From Sulfuricella sp. (GTDB lineage Bacteria > Pseudomonadota > Gammaproteobacteria > Burkholderiales > Sulfuricellaceae), in assembly GCA_028713975.1 (NCBI GenBank), contig JAQTNE010000001.1:252885-284884 (forward strand): a DNA stretch of 32,000 bases, read 5' to 3'. The translations under genes were made by a program, and so were the position numbers. Positions 1 to 10,057 of the stretch are shown piece after piece. Position 1 is the first letter of the stretch. Each line of letters starts with the position of its first letter. Below the pieces are notes generated by a model. It searched no databases and had not been told where the DNA came from. It was given only the letters and a program-made list of their open reading frames with translations.

Positions 1-1
1 T

Positions 2-241
2 GACGGTACGCTGTACTACGCTGAAGGGGAACGTACGCGCAATGGACATGAAATCAGTTTCCCGGTATCCGAGGCGGAACTTGTCACCAGCTCTGTCAAG
101 TTGCTAAAGTTGGTGAGGAGTTCACTGATTTATCTGTCCGCAGCCGTCGCCCATGAAGAAGCGAAAAAGGCATCGACCCAAGAGCGCGGAATTGTTTTTC
201 CGATGCCTGTTACCGCAGTAGATGATCGATACCGAATTTAG
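2..241 (+). CDS. possible 3' end of an unidentified CDS entering from upstream of the window
   Basis: Frame +2 is open from the window edge to TAG at 239-241 (80 codons: DGTLYYAEGERTRNGHEISF...AVDDRYRI*). No motif recognised. Absent from the ORF track because it has no start codon inside the window. Confidence 0.3.
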   Translation, partial: DGTLYYAEGERTRNGHEISFPVSEAELVTSSVKLLKLVRSSLIYLSAAVAHEEAKKASTQERGIVFPMPVTAVDDRYRI

Positions 242-431
242 GGATTTTCATGCTCATAACTACTCGTTGCTGGAACGCGAGGCAGCCCATCGTTACATGG
301 GGCGCTACGCGATAAAGCCGCGCAGCGTCGGTTACTTTTACATTGGATTGCCAAGGAAACAGACAGCAAATTTAAAAATACAGCTCTTGGACGTGATACC
401 GCTCGGCATGTCGAACTTTGGCGCGACAGTA

Positions 432-456
432 GCGGGCCGGCAAAATGTCGGCCCGC
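432..456. other. GC-rich stem-loop 12 nt downstream of the CHRD gene stop (possible terminator lacking a U-tract)
   Basis: GCGGGCCG (432-439) and CGGCCCGC (449-456) form an 8-bp perfect stem with a 9-nt loop. No T-run on either side. Confidence 0.3.
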
Positions 457-467
457 CAAAGCTACCA

Positions 468-905
468 CTACTTGATCTGCCCGCGAATCTCACCGCCTTT
501 GTTCGCGGCGCTGTGAACGTTGATATAGAGCTCGCCCGCTTTGTATGCCTGATATTGGGCATCGGTCAGCTTCGCGCCCGCAGGAACCTCCCAGGCATTA
601 TCACCGTTCCTGGACAACGGAATGATTACTGGACCGTTTGCCCCTGCGGCGCCAATGTGGACGTGCGCCATCGTTCCCGCTATACCAGCCGTCATGACGC
701 TGCCGCTAACGGTCATGTCAGAATTGACCATAACGGTTCCACTTCCGGTCGCTGCCGTCACGACAGGCGGAACCTCATTGCCGCCACTCAGGGTGATCTT
801 GATCTCGTCGCCGTAGGCCGGGCTTGTCGCTGCAGCAAGCGAAATCACCGCTGCGGCAAACGCACCCAGAAAACCGAGTCGATTGAATGCTCGTAAAATA
901 TTCAT
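468..905 (-). CDS. secreted CHRD domain-containing protein
   Basis: 145 aa. N-terminal signal peptide (MNILRAFNRLGFLGAFAAAVISLAAA). GNEVPPV...GSG...MAHVHIGAAGANGPVI...YINVHSAANKGGEIRGQI is the typical CHRD pattern. SD GAGAGG lies upstream of the ATG. Confidence 0.8.
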   Translation of the reverse strand: MNILRAFNRLGFLGAFAAAVISLAAATSPAYGDEIKITLSGGNEVPPVVTAATGSGTVMVNSDMTVSGSVMTAGIAGTMAHVHIGAAGANGPVIIPLSRNGDNAWEVPAGAKLTDAQYQAYKAGELYINVHSAANKGGEIRGQIK

Positions 906-951
906 GATGAACCTCTCTTGTTAAATTGATTGGGTTGCATGCTAAACATGC

Positions 952-992
952 TTGAAGCAATTCAATACTAGACTATTTTTATCAACTATAAA
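952..992 (+). promoter_or_regulatory. candidate Crp/Fnr-type palindrome plus -10 upstream of the radical SAM gene
   Basis: TTGAAGCAATTCAA (952-965) is a perfect TTGAA/TTCAA palindrome with the TTGA-N6-TCAA core. A 21-nt spacer is followed by TATAAA (987-992), one nt shorter than the 22-nt spacing seen at ccoN and ccoG. Confidence 0.3.
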
Positions 993-1177
993 GCCTTAAA
1001 TCACACACCCGCAGAACCCATTTATGGCTGCGATTAAATGGCTCGCTACAACAGCTCGCATAGCCCGGCACGGGGCTGGACAGTGAATGTATTGCCGATA
1101 CAAAAATGACGATTTATCCTGAAAAACCCGCCGCGAATAAACTAGACTGAAAACGTTCATCGAAGGAAGGAGCTGAA

Positions 1178-2262
<1,085 letters not shown>

Positions 2263-2266
<4 letters not shown>

Positions 2267-2916
2267 TTTCCGATCTGATTTACATTCCGGATGGAGAAGC
2301 CAAGCTGGAAGGAATGCTGGAGATTCCACAAGGCGCGCCGGGGATCGTGCTGTTTGCCCATGGCAGCGGCAGCAGCCGCCTGAGCCCGCGCAACAACCAT
2401 GTGGCACGGGTGCTGCGCGACGCCGGCTTGGGCACACTGCTGATCGACCTGCTAACCAGACAGGAAGACACAGACTATGCCACCCGCTTCGACATCCCGC
2501 TGCTGACCCGGCGGCTGCTGACCGCAACCCGCTGGCTGCGCAACGATGAGCGGACCAAAGCCCTCGCCATCGGCTATTTCGGCGCCAGCACGGGTGCGGC
2601 GGCAGCGTTGCAGGCGGCGACCGAGGATATGAAGATTGCCGCGGTCGTTTCCCGCGGTGGCCGCCCTGACCTTGCCGGGGGCGAAGCCCTGAACAGGGTG
2701 GCATGCCCCGTCCTGCTCATCGTCGGCGGGTTCGACGATGTGGTGATTGATCTCAACCGGGAGGCGTATCAATTCCTTCACTGTAAAAAGGAGCTGATCG
2801 TTGTGCCGGGCGCCACCCACCTGTTCGAGGAACCCGGCGCGCTGGCGCAGGCAGCGCAGCATGCCGCCGACTGGTTCGGCAAATTCATGCCGCGTTCCGG
2901 CGCAGGATTGAGATGA
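2263..2916 (+). CDS. dienelactone-hydrolase-like alpha/beta serine hydrolase
   Basis: 217 aa. FAHGSGSSRLSPRN; nucleophile elbow G-A-S-T-G (YFGASTGAAAAL); GGFDDVV (Asp) and PGATHLFEE (His). Its ATG overlaps the amrS TGA (ATGA at 2263-2266), and it has no SD of its own. Confidence 0.8.
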
Positions 2917-3517
2917 CCTCCTCATCCTCCACCTGCGGAAAATCCATGTAAAACTGCCCGACCGCCTGAAACCATTCCGGGGTTTCCAGGCACACCACCT
3001 CGTCGGCGTATTGCCGGATATTTTCCAGCGTATCCGGCGGCGAAACCGGCACGGCGCAGATCAGCTTCGCCGGATTCTTCGCGCGCAGGGAATGCAGGGC
3101 GGAAATCATGGTTGCCCCCGTAGCAAGGCCATCGTCCAGCACGATCACGATGCGCCCTGCCGGGTCTATCGGTGGACGGATCGGCGTGTACTGGGCGCGG
3201 CGGCTGCGCATGGTTTCCAGTTGAGCCTGTTTCTCGGCTTCGAGGTATTCGGGATTGGCACCGGCCTGAGCCGCATGATCAGAAATGTAAGTCCAGCCGC
3301 CCTCATCCACCGAACCGACCGCGAACTCCGGGCTGAATGGCGCCCGCAATTTCCTCACCAGCACCACGTCCAGCTCGCCGCCCAGCGCATCGGCAATAAT
3401 TCTGCCCATCGGCACGGCGCCGCGCGGAATCGCCAGCACCAGCGGATTCTTTCCCTTGTAGGCGGTCAGCCGCTCAACCAGGCGGCGGGCGGCTTCGTTG
3501 CGATCTCTGAAGGGCAT
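2885..3517 (-). CDS. phosphoribosyltransferase-family protein (type I PRTase fold, unknown substrate)
   Basis: Start moved to MPFRDRNEAARRL (ATG 3517, SD AAGGA). PRPP-binding loop IVIVLDDGLATGATM. 210 aa. The 3' end overlaps the convergent hydrolase gene by 32 nt. Confidence 0.8.
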   Translation of the reverse strand: MPFRDRNEAARRLVERLTAYKGKNPLVLAIPRGAVPMGRIIADALGGELDVVLVRKLRAPFSPEFAVGSVDEGGWTYISDHAAQAGANPEYLEAEKQAQLETMRSRRAQYTPIRPPIDPAGRIVIVLDDGLATGATMISALHSLRAKNPAKLICAVPVSPPDTLENIRQYADEVVCLETPEWFQAVGQFYMDFPQVEDEEVISILRRNAA

Positions 3518-3623
3518 GACGGATTCCTTGCGGCACTGAACACAGATCAAATTTAATCATTCCCGAGAAATGAATTGGAGCGCCGTGGTCTAGCGTTGTC
3601 CATTAGCCAGAAGTGATCCGGCA

Positions 3624-3821
3624 TCAATGAACCGATGCAGCGAAACAGTCATTGCGCCACCGGCAGTCAAACTGGTCACATTCGCTATTGGAAGCGGTGG
3701 CAAAACAGTCGAAATTACCTTCCGCCCGCTGGATTTTCCGGATAAGCTCCGTTCCCGACAGGCCGGATGCCTTGATGTGATATTTCTTTGCGATACTCCG
3801 TACTTCCTGTTGTTTCAACAT
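3624..3821 (-). CDS. small SAP/Rho_N-like helix-hairpin protein with a 4-Cys C-terminal tail (uncharacterised)
   Basis: Start moved to MLKQQEVRSIAKKY (ATG 3821), preceded by GAGGAG with a 7-nt spacer. 65 aa. LSGTELIRKIQ resembles SAP/Rho_N. The tail is CFATASNSECDQFDCRWRNDC. Confidence 0.6.
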   Translation of the reverse strand: MLKQQEVRSIAKKYHIKASGLSGTELIRKIQRAEGNFDCFATASNSECDQFDCRWRNDCFAASVH

Positions 3822-4109
3822 GAAATTTCTCCTCGATAGCAGATTGGCTGAAGCGCAAAAACCCCATTCATGTTCCTTTATAGACCTCAATTTATAAAAT
3901 GCAAATCCCGTATTTCTACCTAAGGAAAGCTCCGGGCCCTTAAAGAAAATCGGCGAAAAATCCGCTCGATTGGCTGCAATTTAATGCCATTTAACGTCCT
4001 AATTTAATCGTGCCGACGCCTACAATTTCGGCTAAAGTTCCGATTTGCAGCGTTGATTTTTTAGCCACCTGTTTGGCGGCCTCAAAAACACGGGAAAGAA
4101 GACAGCCCC

Positions 4110-4712
4110 ATGAATGAAAAAATGCGTCGCATCAGCGACCAGATAACCACACTCGAAAACGAATTGCGGGCAGAACTCCATGAGCAGGAAAGCCGACTGC
4201 TTTATCAGATCGAAGGGAAGCGCGTCGAGTTCGAGCGTTCCATCAGGGAGGCGCACCTTCGGCTCAAGCAAGGTATCTTTCGCTGGTTTCTCGGCGTGCG
4301 CCCGCAAAACTTCCTTACCGCGCCCATCATCTACGGCATAATTGTTCCACTGGCGCTGTTCGATCTGTGCGTGACGATCTATCAGTTCACCTGCTTCCCG
4401 ATTTACGGCATTCCCAGGGTGCGGCGATCCGACCACATCGCCATCGACCACCAGCACCTGGCCTATCTGAATTTCATCGAAAAGGGGCATTGCATCTATT
4501 GCTCATACGCCAGCGGGATGATTTCCTATGCCCGCGAAATCGTAGCGAGAACCGAGCAATACTTCTGTCCGATCAAGCATGCGCGCAAAATGCTGGGAAC
4601 TCACGGACGCTATGCCCGGTTTCTGGAGTACGGCGAGGGAGATGGTTTTCATGTCAAGCTGGAAGAATTCCGGGAACAGCTCGCCGACGAAAAAACGGAT
4701 GAGAATCGTTGA
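4110..4712 (+). CDS. uncharacterised membrane protein (N-terminal coiled coil, hydrophobic hairpin, Cys/His-rich C-domain)
   Basis: 200 aa. Coiled-coil-like N-terminus (ITTLENELRAELHEQESRLLYQIEGKRVEFERSIREAHLRLK). Hydrophobic segment LTAPIIYGIIVPLALFDLCVTIYQFTCFPIYGI. HCIYC and CPIKH motifs. The antisense ORF 4032-4490 has no such features. Confidence 0.65.
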   Translation: MNEKMRRISDQITTLENELRAELHEQESRLLYQIEGKRVEFERSIREAHLRLKQGIFRWFLGVRPQNFLTAPIIYGIIVPLALFDLCVTIYQFTCFPIYGIPRVRRSDHIAIDHQHLAYLNFIEKGHCIYCSYASGMISYAREIVARTEQYFCPIKHARKMLGTHGRYARFLEYGEGDGFHVKLEEFREQLADEKTDENR

Positions 4713-4736
4713 GATGGGAAACTACAATTCATTATT

Positions 4737-4843
4737 AACCGCAGAGGCGCAAAGAAATCAAGATTCAAGAAAACAATCTGGCTACGCAGGTTGATCTCGA
4801 ATAATTCCTTGCCTTTCCTCTGCGCCTTTGCGCCTCTGCGGTT
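4737..4843. repeat. REP/MITE-like palindromic element, copy 1
   Basis: 18-bp perfect terminal inverted repeat: AACCGCAGAGGCGCAAAG (4737-4754) and CTTTGCGCCTCTGCGGTT (4826-4843). The right ~45 nt are homologous to copy 2 at 8533-8603. A T7 tract sits at 4851-4857. Confidence 0.75.
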
Positions 4844-4893
4844 GAACTGCTTTTTTTGAACCACGCCGATAGCACCACCCGTCCAAAATAACC

Positions 4894-5709
4894 ATGCCAG
4901 AACTGCCCGAAGTCGAAATTACCTGCCGCGGCCTGAAACCCCACCTTGTCGGCCAGCGCATCGAGACCGCCGTCGTTCGCCATACCGGCCTGCGCCACCC
5001 GGTGCCGGAAACGCTGAATCAAACCCTGTCCGGCTTGACCGCGCGCGGCATCGAACGGCGCGGCAAATATCTACTGCTGGACTGTGGCGCGGGCTGGTTG
5101 ATCCTGCATCTCGGCATGTCGGGCAGCCTGCGTATTCTGCCTGCCGCCACCCCGCCGCAGAAGCACGACCATTTCGACCTGGTGCTGGCCAGCGGACAGT
5201 GTATGAGGCTGCGCGACCCGCGCCGCTTCGGCGCGGTGTTGTGGACGACAGCGCCGCCGCAACACCATCCGTTGCTGGCCTGCCTCGGTGTCGAACCGCT
5301 GACAGCGGCCTTCGACGGCGATTTTCTGTACCGTGCGTCACGCGGTCGCCAGACCGCCATCAAGCAGTTCCTGATGGATAGCCATATCGTCGTTGGCATC
5401 GGCAATATTTACGCCAGCGAAGCCTTGTTCGGTGCCGGCATCAATCCGCAGACCGCCGCCGGAAAAATCGGCGCAGCGCGTTATGCAAAACTTGCGGAAG
5501 CGGTGAAAGAAACCCTGACGCGTGCCATCGCAGCGGGCGGCTCTACCTTGCGCGATTTCGTCGACAGCACCGGTACGCCGGGTTATTTCCAGCAGCAATA
5601 TCGGGTTTATGCCCGCACCGGCCTGCCCTGCCCGCGTTGCGGCACGGCAATACGCCAGATCCGCCAAGGGCAGCGCTCTACTTTTTACTGTCCCGGCTGC
5701 CAGAAGTAA
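4894..5709 (+). CDS. mutM: formamidopyrimidine-DNA glycosylase
   Basis: 271 aa. N-terminal MPELPEVE catalytic Pro. C-terminal zinc finger [25 protein letters not shown]. Confidence 0.95.
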   Translation: MPELPEVEITCRGLKPHLVGQRIETAVVRHTGLRHPVPETLNQTLSGLTARGIERRGKYLLLDCGAGWLILHLGMSGSLRILPAATPPQKHDHFDLVLASGQCMRLRDPRRFGAVLWTTAPPQHHPLLACLGVEPLTAAFDGDFLYRASRGRQTAIKQFLMDSHIVVGIGNIYASEALFGAGINPQTAAGKIGAARYAKLAEAVKETLTRAIAAGGSTLRDFVDSTGTPGYFQQQYRVYARTGLPCPRCGTAIRQIRQGQRSTFYCPGCQK

Positions 5710-5837
5710 CGCCCGGCAAGCTATTTTTTCTCTCCCCACCTGTGCGCTATCTGCGGCGTCTTGCCTGCGAGCTGGAAAAACAGCTCACTTCGGCAAGCAC
5801 CTGAAACAGCCGGCGACGCCGAGCTGCTTCAAGCCAT

Positions 5838-5877
5838 AAAAAAACGGCGGCATGGATTTCTCCATGCCGCCGTTTTT
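5838..5877. terminator. bidirectional Rho-independent terminator between convergent mutM and ferredoxin genes
   Basis: A7 (5838-5844), 12-bp stem CGGCGGCATGGA/TCCATGCCGCCG with loop TTTC, then T5 (5873-5877). Confidence 0.8.
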
Positions 5878-5898
5878 GCGCCCGACTTCTGCGTCGGT

Positions 5899-6168
<270 letters not shown>

Positions 6169-6188
6169 CTAAAATAAAATACGAAACA

Positions 6189-7224
<1,036 letters not shown>

Positions 7225-7244
7225 GCCTGAAGTCTCTTAATCCG

Positions 7245-8624
7245 CTAATCCGCGCCGACCACCACGGTCACCATGTTGTCCGGCTGGATGCGGCGGCTGA
7301 AGGCGTCCCGAATCTGGGCTGCCGTCACCTTTTCCACCTTGCCGCTGAAATCGTCGAGGTAGGTCAGCGGCAACTGGTAGAACCCGATCACCGCGAGGTA
7401 ATCGAGGATTTTCCTGTTGCTGTCGATCCGTAGCGGAAAGCCGCCCACCAGGTTCTGCTTGGCTCTCTTCAATTCATCCCCGGTCGGCCCTTTGGCGACG
7501 AACTCCCGCAATGTCTTCTGCACTACGGCCAGCGCCTCGTTCGCCTGCTCGCGCTTGGTCTGCAAGCCAAGCTGAAAAGGCCCGCGCTGTTGCAGCGGCT
7601 GGAAATAGCTGTAAACGCTGTAAACCAGTCCGCGCTTCTGCCGCACTTCCTCCATCAGGCGCGAGGCGAAGCCGCCGCCGCCAAGCACGTAGTTACCGAC
7701 GTAAAGCGGAAAGTAATCGGGATCGTCGCGGGTGATGCCCGGCTGGCCGACAAGAATATGGCTCTGCGTGGCGGGATGGGCGATCCGGCGCGTTTCTCCC
7801 TTGGGCATGTCCACCGCCGGCAACGGCTGCGGCGCCTTGCCTGCCTGCGGCAATGCCGAAGTCAGTTGTGCCGCGATTGCTTTGGCTTGGGCTACGGTCA
7901 CATCGCCGATCACAGCCACTACGGCCTGATCGGCGTGGTAATGCGCACGGTAGAAAGCGACCACCTCTTCACGTTTCAGGGCGGCAATCGACTCCGGCTC
8001 AACCGCGGAAGACAGGGCATAGGGATGGGTTCCGTAGAGCATGGCATTGAATGCGCGCCCGGCAATAAACTCTGGCCGGGTCATGGCCTCCTTGAGTTCG
8101 GCGATGGAGCGGGTCTTTTCGCGTTGCAGCACCGCCTCCGGGAAATCGGGCGATTGCAGCGCACTCGCCATGATCGTCAGCGCCTTGTCGCGTTCGCCGC
8201 TCAAAGTGCGCAGGCTCAGACCGGCGCGATCCTGATCCAGACTGCCGCCCAGAGTGGCACCGATATCCGCCAGACGCCGTGCGATTTCATCCTCCGTCAT
8301 GCCGGCAGCGCCATGCGTGAGCAAATGCTGCGTCATGCTCGCCAAGCCCGGCGTGGATTTGTCGTCCCGGCCCTCACCCGCCGGAAATTCGACGCTCACA
8401 TCCAGCAGCGGCAAATCATGGTTCTCGACAAAATACACGCGCGTACCGTTTTCCATCTGCCAATGCTGGATCGGCAGGGCTGCGTTGGCGACGGTTGCGG
8501 TCAGCAGCAAGCCGGCAAAACCCAAAGCCTTCACCGCAGAGGCGCAGAGACGCAGAGTATTTTTTAATCCTTGGCTTTCTCTGCGTCTCTGCGCCTCTGC
8601 GGTTAATTCAGCATTAATTTCCAT
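7245..8624 (-). CDS. M16-family peptidase, non-catalytic/second subunit (no HxxEH motif); start uncertain (ATG 8624 or GTG 8534)
   Basis: Insulinase-like sequence with signal-like segment KALGFAGLLLTATVANA. ATG 8624 has the strong SD GGGAGGA and overlaps the upstream M16 gene by 11 nt. GTG 8534 has no SD. The track's longest ORF (to 8639) starts at a TTG. Confidence 0.8.
   Translation of the reverse strand: MEINAELTAEAQRRRESQGLKNTLRLCASAVKALGFAGLLLTATVANAALPIQHWQMENGTRVYFVENHDLPLLDVSVEFPAGEGRDDKSTPGLASMTQHLLTHGAAGMTEDEIARRLADIGATLGGSLDQDRAGLSLRTLSGERDKALTIMASALQSPDFPEAVLQREKTRSIAELKEAMTRPEFIAGRAFNAMLYGTHPYALSSAVEPESIAALKREEVVAFYRAHYHADQAVVAVIGDVTVAQAKAIAAQLTSALPQAGKAPQPLPAVDMPKGETRRIAHPATQSHILVGQPGITRDDPDYFPLYVGNYVLGGGGFASRLMEEVRQKRGLVYSVYSYFQPLQQRGPFQLGLQTKREQANEALAVVQKTLREFVAKGPTGDELKRAKQNLVGGFPLRIDSNRKILDYLAVIGFYQLPLTYLDDFSGKVEKVTAAQIRDAFSRRIQPDNMVTVVVGAD
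8533..8603. repeat. REP/MITE-like palindromic element, copy 2 (perfect 25-bp stem, 21-nt loop)
   Basis: ACCGCAGAGGCGCAGAGACGCAGAG (8533-8557) is the exact reverse complement of CTCTGCGTCTCTGCGCCTCTGCGGT (8579-8603). It shares the CCTCTGCGGTT end with copy 1. Confidence 0.85.
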
Positions 8625-9990
8625 GACGTCCTCCCGCAACAGGTTTCACCGGCTTTGCTTCGTCCAGCGGTTGAGGATCGAGCATCGCCACGGTGAGGTG
8701 GTCATCGACCAGATATTTTTTCGCCACCTCCTGCACCTGCGCTGCGGTGACGGCCTTGAGTTTTGCCAGACGGGTTTCAAGCGTGTCCAGCGGCAGCCCG
8801 GCAGTGACCACTTCGCCGATCAGCATGGCCTGATAGAACATCGAATCGCGCTGATACACCTGGGCGGCAATCACCTGCGCCTTGACGCGCTGCAATTCCT
8901 CCTCGGTCACGCCATCCTGCTTGAGCCTGTCGATCTGCCCGCGAATCGCCGTTTCCAGCTCGGCGACGCTCTTGCCCTCGGCTGGCGCACCGTCGAAAAT
9001 GAACATCGAAGGCCCGCGCGCAATCAGGTCATAACCGGCACCGACCGAGTTGGCAACCTGCTGCCGCCGCACCAGTTCCAGGTTGAGGCGCGCCGACGCG
9101 TGGCCGTCCAGCACGCCACCCAGCACTTCCAGCGCATAAGGCTCCCATTCTTTAGCGGGATCGCGCAGAGCAGGCGCATGGTAGGCCATGGCGAGATAAG
9201 GCAATTTGGCCGGCGCCTTGACCGTAACGCGCTTGATGCCGTGCTGCTCCGGCTCGGACTGGGGCTTGCGTTGCGGCAGCGCAACCGGTTTGATCTTGCC
9301 GAAATAATGCTGCGCCAGCTTGAGCACCGCCTCAGGTTGAATATCGCCCACCACCACCAGCGTGGCATTGTTCGGCGCATACCACTGGTGATACCAATTT
9401 CTGGCATCGTCCGCCGACATATTTTCGAGATCGTTCATCCAGCCGATGATCGGGTGGTGGTAAGGGTGAGCCTGGTAAGCGGTCGCCATCAGGGTTTCAT
9501 AAACCAGCGCCTGCGGCTTATCATCGGTACGCAGCCGCCGCTCCTCCATCACCACCTTGATTTCCTTGGCGAACTCTTTGGGCAGCAGCACCAGATTGTG
9601 CATCCGGTCGGATTCCAGCTTCAGCGACAGTTCCAGCTTCGACTTTTGCAACTGCTGAAAATAAGCGGTGTGGTCGCGGCTGGTAAAGGCGTTTTCGCGT
9701 CCGCCGGCAACGGCGATCTGCTTTGAGAACTCACCGGCGGGTACCGCCTTGGTGCCCTTGAACATCATATGTTCCAGCACATGAGCCACGCCGGTCGTGC
9801 CGTTCAGCTCATCCATGCTGCCGACGCGGTACCAGACTTGAGACACCACCACCGGAGCACGATGATCTTCCTTGACGATCACTCTCATGCCGTTGGCGAG
9901 CTGGTAATCATGGACATCGGCCAGCGCCTGCAAGGGCAACGCTGCAACCAACAGGCACCATAAGCTGATTAGTGTTTTTTTGCGCTGCAC
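8614..9990 (-). CDS. M16-family zinc metallopeptidase (catalytic subunit, HxxEH present)
   Basis: Start moved to GTG 9990 (VQRKKTLISLWCLLVAALPLQALA signal peptide), preceded by GGAGG with a 4-nt spacer. Zinc motif HVLEHMMFKG. The 595-aa track ORF would run through the ftsY start. Confidence 0.85.
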   Translation of the reverse strand: MQRKKTLISLWCLLVAALPLQALADVHDYQLANGMRVIVKEDHRAPVVVSQVWYRVGSMDELNGTTGVAHVLEHMMFKGTKAVPAGEFSKQIAVAGGRENAFTSRDHTAYFQQLQKSKLELSLKLESDRMHNLVLLPKEFAKEIKVVMEERRLRTDDKPQALVYETLMATAYQAHPYHHPIIGWMNDLENMSADDARNWYHQWYAPNNATLVVVGDIQPEAVLKLAQHYFGKIKPVALPQRKPQSEPEQHGIKRVTVKAPAKLPYLAMAYHAPALRDPAKEWEPYALEVLGGVLDGHASARLNLELVRRQQVANSVGAGYDLIARGPSMFIFDGAPAEGKSVAELETAIRGQIDRLKQDGVTEEELQRVKAQVIAAQVYQRDSMFYQAMLIGEVVTAGLPLDTLETRLAKLKAVTAAQVQEVAKKYLVDDHLTVAMLDPQPLDEAKPVKPVAGGRHGN

Positions 9991-10057
9991 AAAACCTCCG
10001 TATCGCCTAAAATGGCAGAATTGCGAATTATAGCCTACTCTCAGACCACGTAACCCC

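Noticed and set aside
222-896. A 224-aa plus-strand ORF overlapping the CHRD gene.
   Set aside because: It is the shadow frame of the CHRD gene. The minus-strand product has a signal peptide and recognisable CHRD motifs, whereas this translation has neither.
967-1149. The 8-mer ACTAGACT occurs twice (967-974 and 1141-1148), and TAGACTG recurs in the TetR operator (19031-19037). This was considered as a possible shared regulator site.
   Set aside because: Only a half-site is shared, and neither upstream copy is palindromic. TAGACT also reads as an ordinary -10-like hexamer, so coincidence is the most likely explanation.
3877-3890. The FNR-like sequence TTTAT-agac-CTCAA in the divergent region between the small Cys protein gene and the 200-aa gene.
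   Set aside because: It has two core mismatches, and there is no acceptable -10 hexamer at the class II distance on either strand.
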